This document shows positions 28,159 through 37,005 of a DNA stretch of 37,005 nt, piece by piece. Each line of letters begins with the position of its first letter. Position 1 is the stretch's first letter. The DNA comes from Vulcanisaeta sp. AZ3 (lineage in GTDB: Archaea; Thermoproteota; Thermoprotei; Thermoproteales; Thermocladiaceae). Location: the NCBI GenBank assembly GCA_000960865.2, contig JZWU02000013.1, positions 1-37,005 on the forward strand, read 5' to 3'. The position numbers and the translations under genes were made by a program. The notes under the pieces are model-generated. The model was not told the DNA's origin, did no database searches, and worked only from the letters and a program-made list of their open reading frames with translations.

Positions 28159-28599
28159 TCACCAACCTTTGAATATTATCTTTATTGGAATACCCATCTT
28201 CATCTCCACAAGTATTGGTACTTCAGACTTATCGCCAAGTTTATTGGCGACTATATCAAGTACGTCCTTAACCTTAGTCAATGCGGCTAGTCTATCAGCC
28301 ATGGCCTTTCTACTCTCATCAAGTGCTTCATATTCATCAATAGGTCTTGGATCAAATATTATCTTTAACCCCGTGAGTTCTATTGCGGTAGATAATAATA
28401 TTTGTTGACCCTTACCTACTATTTCCTCGATCATCTGCATAAGGACCATGTACTTATCAGCCTTAGCCTTAGTTTCACTTATCATGTTTTCTATCTCCCT
28501 AATTCTTCCCTCGAGCTCGTTTATCTGGTTATTTATATAATCTATTAACTCCTTAATACCATTAAAGGTCATTAGCTCAAGGTCTGGTGCACTGGACAT
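28159..28599 (-). CDS. Hypothetical coiled-coil hairpin protein
   Basis: Two long amphipathic helices flanking a short beta segment. The likely start is MSSAPD. Confidence 0.7.
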   Translation of the reverse strand: MSSAPDLELMTFNGIKELIDYINNQINELEGRIREIENMISETKAKADKYMVLMQMIEEIVGKGQQILLSTAIELTGLKIIFDPRPIDEYEALDESRKAMADRLAALTKVKDVLDIVANKLGDKSEVPILVEMKMGIPIKIIFKGW

Positions 28600-28664
28600 G
28601 GGCTTACTAAAAATCTTAGTGACGTAATACTTTAAAAAAATATCGCTTATGAAAATGAAGAAAA

Positions 28665-30038
28665 CTATACTAACCACCAAGGTCTTGCATATAAGAACTC
28701 CTCAATAACGTTCCTCTCATTAGTGTTAAAGACCCTTAAATCCTCAATTGATTCTATTACGAAAAACTCGGCCTCATTTACGTATGATCTTAAGTTCTTA
28801 AGTGATATCGTTGGTATTAAATACTTTATTAAATCAATGGCATTTACGAATCTCCTCTTCTTAATAACGTACCAACGGGAACCTCTGATGAATGGGCCAA
28901 CAACATTTTGATCATTAATATACTTCTTTATAAAGTTCCTAGCAGCGTCAGAATCAACCAGAGGTCCTTTATGATTTTCGTAAGGAGGTAATCTTACTTC
29001 CCTTAGAGATAACATGAGGAGTATTACTGACTTATCATCACTCCATGCCATCGATCGAATAACCCTAAACTCATACTTCTCTAGATTCCTTGTTAATGAA
29101 TCCATAAGTCTCCTAATCTCGCCCCAAACTATGTCTGGCGATACATTAATTGGATATCCAATCCTCAATACTATTGATGGTATTACGACTTGAGGCATTG
29201 GGTATGATCGGTGTATTTGCTTAAAGAATTCAAGGCGAGGATGCTCTAAGAATTCCCGTGATGCAGCTATTGCTGTGGCTAAGTTCTCCCTACTTACTGA
29301 CGCTGCGGCATTTCGATTAGGATCAACAGGGTCTATTATTATTACAGGTGCTCTGAATTTCTTAAAAGCGTTCTTTTCATCATATGTGTTAGTCATGTCT
29401 ATGAATGCACGTTTGGTTGACCATTTAGCCATGGCCTTTATAGCATCAATAAATGATCCGTAATATATCACTAAGAGTTCGCTGACATAACCACTGAATC
29501 CTTGTACCTTAATTTCAGCGCCGTAAATACCTATGGTCTTAAAGAATGCCTTAAGCAGCCTAACATCAGTATTTTTACCTCCTAGCTTTGATTTTACAAA
29601 TTCTGTATGTAGTGGTGTTCTATCGGCTGCCGTAAAGGGTCTCTCACCTTGGCTTATCTTAATGCATGGTACCACGTCTATCTCAAAGTCATTAATTAAT
29701 ACTTGGATGTATGGGTGCTGGGCATACTTAATGATCCACTTAAGGTTATTTTCCCTTGCTACGTCTATTAAATCATTAACTACATCGCCATTCTTAATCT
29801 TATTAAGGTAGATTCTGGGCAGAATAACAAATATATCTATATCTCTATCTCCAGGTAACCATGTACCCTTAGCCACAGAACCCTGCAATGAGACCTCAAA
29901 ATCCTTATATCCACGCCTTATTAACCCATTATTAAAAATATTAATAACACTATTTGCAGTACTAATTACTCTATTCTCTTCCTCACGGCTTGGGGTAACA
30001 ATGCCTAGAGCCTCTTTAGTTATCTTCTCAATTTCCAC
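28665..30038 (-). CDS. cca: CCA-adding enzyme (archaeal class I)
   Basis: GS.AKGTWL..D.DIDIF, YAQHPY, D.VPC, ADRTPLHT, YGAE....GFSGY..ELL and DPVD..RN.AA motifs. Confidence 0.96.
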   Translation of the reverse strand: MEIEKITKEALGIVTPSREEENRVISTANSVINIFNNGLIRRGYKDFEVSLQGSVAKGTWLPGDRDIDIFVILPRIYLNKIKNGDVVNDLIDVARENNLKWIIKYAQHPYIQVLINDFEIDVVPCIKISQGERPFTAADRTPLHTEFVKSKLGGKNTDVRLLKAFFKTIGIYGAEIKVQGFSGYVSELLVIYYGSFIDAIKAMAKWSTKRAFIDMTNTYDEKNAFKKFRAPVIIIDPVDPNRNAAASVSRENLATAIAASREFLEHPRLEFFKQIHRSYPMPQVVIPSIVLRIGYPINVSPDIVWGEIRRLMDSLTRNLEKYEFRVIRSMAWSDDKSVILLMLSLREVRLPPYENHKGPLVDSDAARNFIKKYINDQNVVGPFIRGSRWYVIKKRRFVNAIDLIKYLIPTISLKNLRSYVNEAEFFVIESIEDLRVFNTNERNVIEEFLYARPWWLV

Positions 30039-30078
30039 AAGAATTAAGCATTAACATTACACTATTAAAAGAACTTCA

Positions 30079-31494
30079 TTATTGCAATATGAGGAGTTGA
30101 TTAAGCCTATCCCTCACCTTCAATAGTAAGTTCTTTATTTTATTAACAAGCGTCTCGTCACTAATGAGATTGCTAAGTTTCCTTACTGCTTCATTTACAT
30201 CTATGCCTAGCGGATTTAAGCCAAGCCCCGCTAGGTAAGCCAGCGTTTCCAATGCCGTATTTTCATCTGATCCCTCCTCCTTAGCTATATCGATCAAGAC
30301 CTTACCAACTACGTATAGACTAAGTGTATTCACATCGGTATTTAGTATAGAGGCTATTCTCTCACGATCATCCTCGCGAAATTCCCTAATGAATGTATCG
30401 AAATTACCATACCTGTCCTCAATCATTATATCGAAGTACTTGCTTACAGCTCTTACATACTTCGAGTATATTCTCACCGCATCATTAATTTCATTAATAT
30501 AATCTAGGGCGCTTTTATATGACATAACGGCGCCCTCGGTGGTTAACTCATCGATTAATCCCTCATTAATTAAATCAAGGAATTTATCACCAGCCTCCTC
30601 ATAAATTCTCCAGTCATTTTCCTCAATAGCCTTGCAGAGTAAGTAAAAGGCTGTACATAAATTGCCCTTTATTTTTACGGCGACCCAATAATCTCCGTTT
30701 AAATCCCCAACATTATTGAGGATTTCCCTGCATGAATTATAATATTGCATGGCTCTCGTTATATCACCATGCATGAAATAATAATTAGCGAGTATCTCTC
30801 GTGAATCCAACATACTTAGAACTTCATTAGCCCTAGCTTCTTGAATACCAACGGACTCCCTAAAATTTGTGATAGATGATACGTAGAATCTCGAGGCTTC
30901 TTCAATCATCTTCTCTTCAATATCATGCTTACCCTCATCATGCATCCTTAAAGCCTTGGCCCTTAAATCCTCGGCTCTAGCCACCTTAGACATGGCCTCC
31001 ATAAACTTAGCCCTACCGTCCTCACCTAAGTGCTTATAGGTGAGAGCCGCTGCGGTGAATCTATTTATCGAGCTTTCATAGGCGGCTACTGAGTATAGCG
31101 CCACACCTAACGCTTCATTAACTTCAGCACCTAACCTACCTTCAAGGTTTATCCCTACGCTCTCATCAATTGCATGTATGCCAGACTCCATATCCATACT
31201 CATTAATAACTGTATCAATGCGGGTATGTCCTTGATATCCAGTAACTTTAAGGCCTTGAGAGTGCCCTCCTTAATATTTACTTCATTGAGTTCCTTAATC
31301 ATTGAGTAGTCATTTATAGATATCGTGCATGAGTCGCTAGTGCACCGGGCCGAGTCTTTAAAGGCACTTTTATCAATCAATTTCTTGGGCACTAAACCCT
31401 TCAATGCATATAGTAGTATTGACGCTACAGAATTAGCGATGCATTCCTGTTCCCAGTGGCATGAATCAGTAATATTAATCACTAAATCTCCCAT
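30079..31494 (-). CDS. Hypothetical alpha-helical repeat (TPR-like) protein
   Basis: 471-aa ORF with Ala/Tyr-patterned helices such as ANYYFMHGDITRAMQYY. No catalytic motif was recognised. Confidence 0.7.
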   Translation of the reverse strand: MGDLVINITDSCHWEQECIANSVASILLYALKGLVPKKLIDKSAFKDSARCTSDSCTISINDYSMIKELNEVNIKEGTLKALKLLDIKDIPALIQLLMSMDMESGIHAIDESVGINLEGRLGAEVNEALGVALYSVAAYESSINRFTAAALTYKHLGEDGRAKFMEAMSKVARAEDLRAKALRMHDEGKHDIEEKMIEEASRFYVSSITNFRESVGIQEARANEVLSMLDSREILANYYFMHGDITRAMQYYNSCREILNNVGDLNGDYWVAVKIKGNLCTAFYLLCKAIEENDWRIYEEAGDKFLDLINEGLIDELTTEGAVMSYKSALDYINEINDAVRIYSKYVRAVSKYFDIMIEDRYGNFDTFIREFREDDRERIASILNTDVNTLSLYVVGKVLIDIAKEEGSDENTALETLAYLAGLGLNPLGIDVNEAVRKLSNLISDETLVNKIKNLLLKVRDRLNQLLILQ

Positions 31495-31605
31495 GGAGAG
31501 TTTTTGTGCTCCTATTAATTCTTTTAGTGCGAGTTTATGTTAACGTTCTCTTCTTGATGATGATGCGTTAAATTAATAATACTTAACTCTTATGTATTAA
31601 TTCAT

Positions 31606-32724
31606 ATGGGCAATTATGATGTTATAATATTAGCCGGTGGATTAGCGACTAGGCTTAGACCCCTTAGTTACTCACGTCCAAAGCCTCTCCTGCCTATTCT
31701 TGATAGAGAGATCATTGATTGGATTATGGATTCTATAACTAAGCTACCGCTTAACAGGATCTTCATATCCATAAGGTACATGGGTGATTTAATAAGAGAG
31801 CATATGGAAAAGGTTTGGTCTGACTTTAAGGATAGGTTGGTATTCGTTACTGAGAATAAGCCTCTTGGCGATGCCGGTCCTATAGCATTGATTAACGATA
31901 TGCATGAATTAACAGATACTTTCCTAATTATCTACGGAGATATATTCAGTGACATAAGTGCTACCTCTCTCCTTGATTTCCATAGGAAGATGGGTGGAAT
32001 TTCAACAATAGCGTTGACTAGGGTTGAGGATGTGTCTAGGTACGGTGTTGCACAACTTGATGAAATGGGTAGGATAATAAATTTTATAGAAAAACCAAAG
32101 CAGTACGTTGGCTCTAACCTAATCAATGCTGGTTTTTACGTATTCACGAAGGAAGTTATTAAGTTAATACCAAAAAATCCTGAGGGTCAAGTGAAACTGG
32201 CAATAGATGTTATACCGAGGTTGTTAAGAGTTGGTGAGGTCTATGGATACATACATAATGGTCTTTGGTTCGACATAGGAACACCTGAAGATTACTTAAA
32301 GGCGAATTTCAAGGTGCTTGAGAATAAATGTTCAGGGCAAGGTTTGAGTTGCATTAATATTGATGTTCCACCGTCAGTCACAATACAGCAACCAGTTTAC
32401 CTAGGGCCTGGTGTTACCGTGGGTGCTTATACGGAACTTGGACCAAATGTCATTATTCATAAAAACGTGAAGATAGGCAATGCCGTTAGAATCACTAACT
32501 CCCTAATCTTCGATGAAGCCTCACTATGTGATGGAGCCTATGTATCAGGCAGTATAATTGGTAGTAACACATACATTGGTAAATGGGCTAGAGTTGAGGA
32601 TGGTGCCGTGATTGGAGATGGTGTTTACATAAAGGGTTCGGTCTACGTGGCCAAGAATACAAAGATCGGTCCCTATAGGGAGATTATGGAGTCGATATAT
32701 AGAGATGGTGAAATCATACCCTAA
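31606..32724 (+). CDS. Sugar-phosphate nucleotidyltransferase (mannose-1-P guanylyltransferase-like)
   Basis: LAGGLATRLRPL..RPKPL, PLGDAG, YGD, EKP, INAG.Y, W.DIGTP and a C-terminal hexapeptide beta-helix. Confidence 0.92.
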   Translation: MGNYDVIILAGGLATRLRPLSYSRPKPLLPILDREIIDWIMDSITKLPLNRIFISIRYMGDLIREHMEKVWSDFKDRLVFVTENKPLGDAGPIALINDMHELTDTFLIIYGDIFSDISATSLLDFHRKMGGISTIALTRVEDVSRYGVAQLDEMGRIINFIEKPKQYVGSNLINAGFYVFTKEVIKLIPKNPEGQVKLAIDVIPRLLRVGEVYGYIHNGLWFDIGTPEDYLKANFKVLENKCSGQGLSCINIDVPPSVTIQQPVYLGPGVTVGAYTELGPNVIIHKNVKIGNAVRITNSLIFDEASLCDGAYVSGSIIGSNTYIGKWARVEDGAVIGDGVYIKGSVYVAKNTKIGPYREIMESIYRDGEIIP

Positions 32725-32773
32725 TCCTAAAATTAATTAAAGTTTAAATACCCGCATTGACAATGGTTCTCGA

Positions 32774-33256
32774 ATGTCGCAAGAAATTAAGCAGATAGTT
32801 AGGGTTGGGGATACGGACTTAGATGGGTTTAAGCCGGTGGCCTACGCCTTAGCTAAAATTAGGGGTATTGGAATACCAACAGCTTATGCCATCTGTAGAT
32901 ACCTAGGCATAAATCCAGTAATTAGGTTAGGTAACCTCGATGATGAATCCATTAAGAAACTGGACTGGGCCGTTAGAAACCTGAACCAATTTGCACCGGG
33001 ATGGTTTGTGAATAGACCCAAGGATCCGGAGACTGGGAGAAATATTCACCTAATAGGCGCGGATCTTGTGCTGGCAGCTAAGAGGGATGTGGACTTAATG
33101 AAGAAGTTAAGGGGTTGGAAGGGCATTAGGCATAACCTAGGGCTTAAGGTTAGAGGGCAGAGAACTAGGACAACAGGTAGGCTTGGACTGACTATGGGCG
33201 TCATTAAAAGTAAAGGTACAACGGCTGGAGGAGGCGGAGGAGGTAGTAGTAAGTAA
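32774..33256 (+). CDS. rps13: 30S ribosomal protein S13
   Basis: IVRV..TDLDG, I.GIG, NRPKD.ETG and GIRH.LGLKVRGQRTRTTGR motifs. A TATA (TTTAAATA) lies about 24 nt upstream. Confidence 0.96.
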   Translation: MSQEIKQIVRVGDTDLDGFKPVAYALAKIRGIGIPTAYAICRYLGINPVIRLGNLDDESIKKLDWAVRNLNQFAPGWFVNRPKDPETGRNIHLIGADLVLAAKRDVDLMKKLRGWKGIRHNLGLKVRGQRTRTTGRLGLTMGVIKSKGTTAGGGGGGSSK

Positions 33257-33460
33257 GATAAATTCAATAACAGGTTAAGATTACTCTAGCTATCCCTTAC
33301 CTATAAACAAATAAGTTTATATAAATAAATTCTATTGCATAGAAAGGTTCTCATGCGCATATCTCATTATTTATTTATTTATTGTACTTCTACTACTCAT
33401 GTTTTACACCTAGAGAGAAAGTAATTTAAAAGGATTAATAGTGATTAACCATGATCGAAA

Positions 33461-33955
33461 ATGACGATTGTGAAGCCATTAGTAAAGCTCGAGTTCAGGG
33501 AATTGGGGAGAGGTGACGAGAGAATGGTTATTGATTTATATAACTCATTAAGTATTGAAAGTATTTATTATAGGTTTAGAGGATTTTTTAAGGATTTCGA
33601 GAGATATATAAAATCCATATTTGCCGATCAACGAAACATTATCTATGGGGCCTTTACCGAAGGAGAGCTTGTGGGTGTCTTAGAGGCTGTTTATCTAGAT
33701 GATGGTTGTTATGAGATGGCTATTGTCGTTAGGGATAATTATCAAGGCAAAGGCATTGGGACAAGATTGGTGGCTTATGCAATTAATGATTTAAAGAGAA
33801 GAAATGCGAAGACCTTGATTGCGCATACAACGCCAGATAACTACAGAATATTGGCTATATCAAGAAAGTTTCATGGCACTATAAAGTGCATGTATGATGA
33901 ATGTACTGTAGTATTTAACCTTCCAATGATTAATGTTAATCAGTTTTTAAATTAA
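33461..33955 (+). CDS. GNAT acetyltransferase, Pat-like
   Basis: LYNSLS.E..Y.RF, the acetyl-CoA motif YQGKGIGT, and T.PDN. Confidence 0.85.
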   Translation: MTIVKPLVKLEFRELGRGDERMVIDLYNSLSIESIYYRFRGFFKDFERYIKSIFADQRNIIYGAFTEGELVGVLEAVYLDDGCYEMAIVVRDNYQGKGIGTRLVAYAINDLKRRNAKTLIAHTTPDNYRILAISRKFHGTIKCMYDECTVVFNLPMINVNQFLN

Positions 33956-33972
33956 TAATGAACTAAAGAGAT

Positions 33973-34662
33973 GTGGAGAAAGTAATTGTTTTGCTGACCG
34001 AGGCATCCCTTGAGACAATACCGAGGGAGCTGTGGAATAACTCAATAATCATTAAGGATTCCAGGAGGATGCATAAGGATCCTAGATACTTAATACTTGA
34101 TAGGGCAAGGCATCATAAAGCTATGGTTAAATTACCCATGGCCGAGAAGAGAGGTAGGCCTGACATTGTACATCAAGCCCTATTGTTAATTCAGGGCAGT
34201 TTCCTAGCACGTAATGGCCTAATTAAGACCTATATTCATACAATAAATAATGTATTAATTGATGTTGATTCAGGGATTAGGCCTCCCCGTAATTATAATA
34301 ATTTCATTGGGCTTATGAGCCAATTATTTAAGGAAGGCAAGGTGCCACCTACAGGTAGGGCTCTATTAAAAATTATACATGATAGTGTTAATTACATATT
34401 AAATATCGAGCAACCTGACCATCTTATGCTGCTTGACGATATTAGGGGTAAGGAGATAACGATGAGAGAATTTACAGATTATATTGTTAATTTCAGAAAA
34501 CCACTTATTATGATCGGTGCATTTCCCAGAGGTTCATTTGAGGAGTACATATATTCGTTAACCAATGATGTATTTAAAATTGGCAAGTACTCTATTGATA
34601 CGTCATCAATACTATGCAGGTTATTGCACTCCCTAGAGGTTAGATTGGGACTTTTTGCCTAG
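33973..34662 (+). CDS. nep1: 16S rRNA pseudouridine N1-methyltransferase Nep1/Emg1
   Basis: EASLE, LD...H, RGRPDIVH, YIHT, R.PRNY..F.GLM.QL and IGAFP.G.F motifs. Confidence 0.93.
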   Translation: MEKVIVLLTEASLETIPRELWNNSIIIKDSRRMHKDPRYLILDRARHHKAMVKLPMAEKRGRPDIVHQALLLIQGSFLARNGLIKTYIHTINNVLIDVDSGIRPPRNYNNFIGLMSQLFKEGKVPPTGRALLKIIHDSVNYILNIEQPDHLMLLDDIRGKEITMREFTDYIVNFRKPLIMIGAFPRGSFEEYIYSLTNDVFKIGKYSIDTSSILCRLLHSLEVRLGLFA

Positions 34663-34720
34663 GTCTGTGCTCAATATTTATTAACCCAAACACCCTTACC
34701 TATACTAAGTGCCCTAATTT

Positions 34721-36556
34721 ATGTGCGGTATTATCGGCATTACATCATTGCCGGGCAGTCTCAAGGAGCCAATTGGTAGGATGGTTAGGAGGTGTCTCGA
34801 GAGGCTTGAGTATAGGGGTTATGATTCTGTAGGCATAGCAGTAATTAAGGGTAATCACATAGAGGTTAGAAAAGGTAAGGGAAAGATTGCGGAGGTTAGT
34901 ACTAGGCTTAATTTTGACGAGGTTGATGGTTCAGCAGCCCTTGGACATACGAGATGGGCTACCCATGGTAAGCCCAGCGATGAAAATGCGCACCCGCATA
35001 CAGATTGTACGGGTAGCATTGCCGTTGTTCATAACGGCATAATATCTAATTTTTTAGAACTTAAGGAGGAGTTAATTAAAAAGGGCCACGTATTCAAGAG
35101 CGAGACAGATACTGAGGTTGTGGCTCACCTAATAGAGGAATACCTGAGGATGGGGTATAAACCATTCGATGCTTTTAAGGCTGCTCTCTCAAGGTTGAGA
35201 GGTGCATATGCTCTCGTCATTGCGATGGCCCAAGAGCCGCGTAAGCTTTACTTAGCCAGGAATACGTCGCCATTAGTTATAGGTGTTGGTGGTGATATTA
35301 ACTTCGTAGCCAGTGATATACCAGCGTTTTTGGAGTTTACGAATACCGTAATTGTCCTTAAGGATGGCGAGTATGGTTATATTGAACCCAGTAATGTTTA
35401 CATCGAGAGAGATGGTGTTCCGATTAACGTTGAAGAGAGGATTAGATTAATTAATTGGACGCCTGAGATGGCCAGTAAGGAGGGTTATCCTCACTTCATG
35501 CTTAAGGAGATCCATGAGCAACCACTAGCAATAAGCTCCACATTGGCGGGGATTGATGAAAAGGCATTTAGTGATGTTATTAATGCGATTCTAAGCTCAA
35601 GGAGGATCTTTATATTAGGTGCTGGTACATCATACCATGCAGGTTTAGTTGGCGATTACTTACTTACGTCCATGTTCGGTCTGGATGTTCACACATTCAC
35701 ATCCTCTGAATATAAGAGGTACCTAAACTTAGTCAATGATGGTGATGTAGCGATTGCAATAAGTCAATCAGGTGAAACAATAGACACATTAATAGCCGTG
35801 AGAGACATTAAGGAGAGAGGCGCCAAGGTTGTGGCTATATCCAACGTGATTGATAGCGCAATACCTAGGGAGTCAAATTATGTATTATACACAAGAGCCG
35901 GTCCAGAGATTGGTGTTGCTGCAACTAAAACCTTTACTACACAACTAGTGGTACTAACAATGCTTGCCTTAAAGCTTGGTGTTACAATGGGAAAACTCAC
36001 AGTAGGTGAATATAATGAGGTAATGGATATTATGAGTAAGGTCCCTAGCCTACTTCAGAGAGTTATGACTACGGTTGAGGGTAAAGTTAAAGCATTAAGT
36101 GAGTATATGAGCAAAAGGCAGAATGCATATTACCTAGGGAGAGGGATTGGTGTGCCCCTTAGTATGGAGGGCGCGCTAAAGCTTAAGGAGATCGCATACA
36201 TACACGCCGAGGCTTATCCCGCAGGTGAGAGTAAGCATGGACCAATAGCATTGGTTGAGGAGGGCTACCCAGTGGTGTTCTCCATACTTGATGATGATAA
36301 CGTTGATGCCATGTTAGGTAATGTCATGGAGATGAAGGCCAGAGATGCGTATACAATAGGCCTTATACCTGAGAAGTACGTGGGTAAGTTCAAGGATTTA
36401 CTAAGCATTGCCCTGGAGATGCCTAACGTAGACTATAGGATAGCTCCAATAATATATATTGTACCAATGCAATTACTAGCCTACTACACAGCCGTGTCCA
36501 AGAATTATGATCCAGATAAACCAAGAAACCTGGCCAAGACGGTAACCGTTGAGTGA
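34721..36556 (+). CDS. glmS: Glutamine-fructose-6-phosphate transaminase (isomerizing)
   Basis: MCGI, LEYRGYDS, GHTRWATHG, SQSGET.DT, EGALKLKE and PRNLAKTVTVE motifs. Confidence 0.97.
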   Translation: MCGIIGITSLPGSLKEPIGRMVRRCLERLEYRGYDSVGIAVIKGNHIEVRKGKGKIAEVSTRLNFDEVDGSAALGHTRWATHGKPSDENAHPHTDCTGSIAVVHNGIISNFLELKEELIKKGHVFKSETDTEVVAHLIEEYLRMGYKPFDAFKAALSRLRGAYALVIAMAQEPRKLYLARNTSPLVIGVGGDINFVASDIPAFLEFTNTVIVLKDGEYGYIEPSNVYIERDGVPINVEERIRLINWTPEMASKEGYPHFMLKEIHEQPLAISSTLAGIDEKAFSDVINAILSSRRIFILGAGTSYHAGLVGDYLLTSMFGLDVHTFTSSEYKRYLNLVNDGDVAIAISQSGETIDTLIAVRDIKERGAKVVAISNVIDSAIPRESNYVLYTRAGPEIGVAATKTFTTQLVVLTMLALKLGVTMGKLTVGEYNEVMDIMSKVPSLLQRVMTTVEGKVKALSEYMSKRQNAYYLGRGIGVPLSMEGALKLKEIAYIHAEAYPAGESKHGPIALVEEGYPVVFSILDDDNVDAMLGNVMEMKARDAYTIGLIPEKYVGKFKDLLSIALEMPNVDYRIAPIIYIVPMQLLAYYTAVSKNYDPDKPRNLAKTVTVE

Positions 36557-36562
36557 GTGACT

Positions 36563-37005
36563 ATGGTTCGTTCAGGAGAGATAATTGGCGTGGTTCTTGG
36601 TGGTGGTAAGGGTACGAACTTAGAACCATTAACGCCACACCTTGAGAAATCTCTCATTAGGCTGCTGGGTAAACCATTGATTTATTACCCAATAAGAGGC
36701 TTAGTGGGGTTGGGGTTGAGGAGTATTTATGTGATTTCTAGAAACCCTCAGAGGATAAGTAATGAAGTTGGGCGTTACTTCGAGAACGTATCGCTCGAGA
36801 GTATTGGGCAGAGTGGTGATGATTTAAGTAGTGCGTTAAAGATGATTAAGGAAATCGCGGGCGGAGGTACGACAGTAATATCATTTGGCGACGTAATATT
36901 GCCTCAGGATGCCTATGAATTAGCATTAAGTAGTCATGTAAGTTCTGGAAAGGCTGTAACAATACTCATGACACCATTATCTGATTTACAAGGTTACTTC
37001 GAGGT
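36563..37005 (+). CDS. Sugar-phosphate nucleotidyltransferase family protein, 3'-truncated
   Basis: MVRSGEIIGVVLGGGKGTNLEPLTPHLEKSLIRLLGKPLIYY...SFGD; the frame stays open to the window end. Confidence 0.82.
   Translation, partial: MVRSGEIIGVVLGGGKGTNLEPLTPHLEKSLIRLLGKPLIYYPIRGLVGLGLRSIYVISRNPQRISNEVGRYFENVSLESIGQSGDDLSSALKMIKEIAGGGTTVISFGDVILPQDAYELALSSHVSSGKAVTILMTPLSDLQGYFE

Noticed and set aside
366-33267. Many 60-130 aa ORFs antisense to or nested in recognised genes (e.g. 366-563, 18625-19002, 25143-25544, 26800-27174, 27809-28144)
   Set aside because: They are shadow ORFs with Ser/Leu/Ile-rich composition and no motifs.
33451-33516. Out-of-frame ATG 10 nt before the Pat-like start (21-codon ORF)
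   Set aside because: This is expected by chance and cannot be supported as regulatory without TSS or Ribo-seq data.
1-37005. CRISPR arrays, IS elements, proviral or defence genes
   Set aside because: No spaced direct repeats, terminal inverted repeats, transposase/integrase or recognisable defence motifs were found by eye.

Overview
Gene-dense, AT-rich archaeal chromosomal segment. Gene content and style point to a Thermoproteales crenarchaeon, probably Vulcanisaeta/Caldivirga-like (inference). The evidence is an HMf-type histone alongside short XPF, NucS, rpS26e, a DUF2258 protein, tRNAs with multiple non-canonical introns, dispersed ribosomal protein genes and TATA boxes about 25 nt before start codons. 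Most genes are housekeeping: citrate synthase, NadM, SdhA, glycerate kinase, HPS, CCA enzyme, Nep1, GlmS, Trm112, Pat-like GNAT, rps13 and rps26e. No CRISPR, transposase or integrase was seen. Features absent from the ORF track are two tRNAs each with two introns (Asn-GTT, Ala-CGC), a 59-aa CPxCG zinc-ribbon gene between XPF and the histone, two partial edge genes and two possible decayed genes. The best leads are the XPF/Zn-ribbon/histone cluster, a CoA-transferase pair apparently lacking the catalytic Glu, a ubiquitin-like protein without C-terminal GG, and a polytopic membrane kinase paired with a stand-alone FHA protein.
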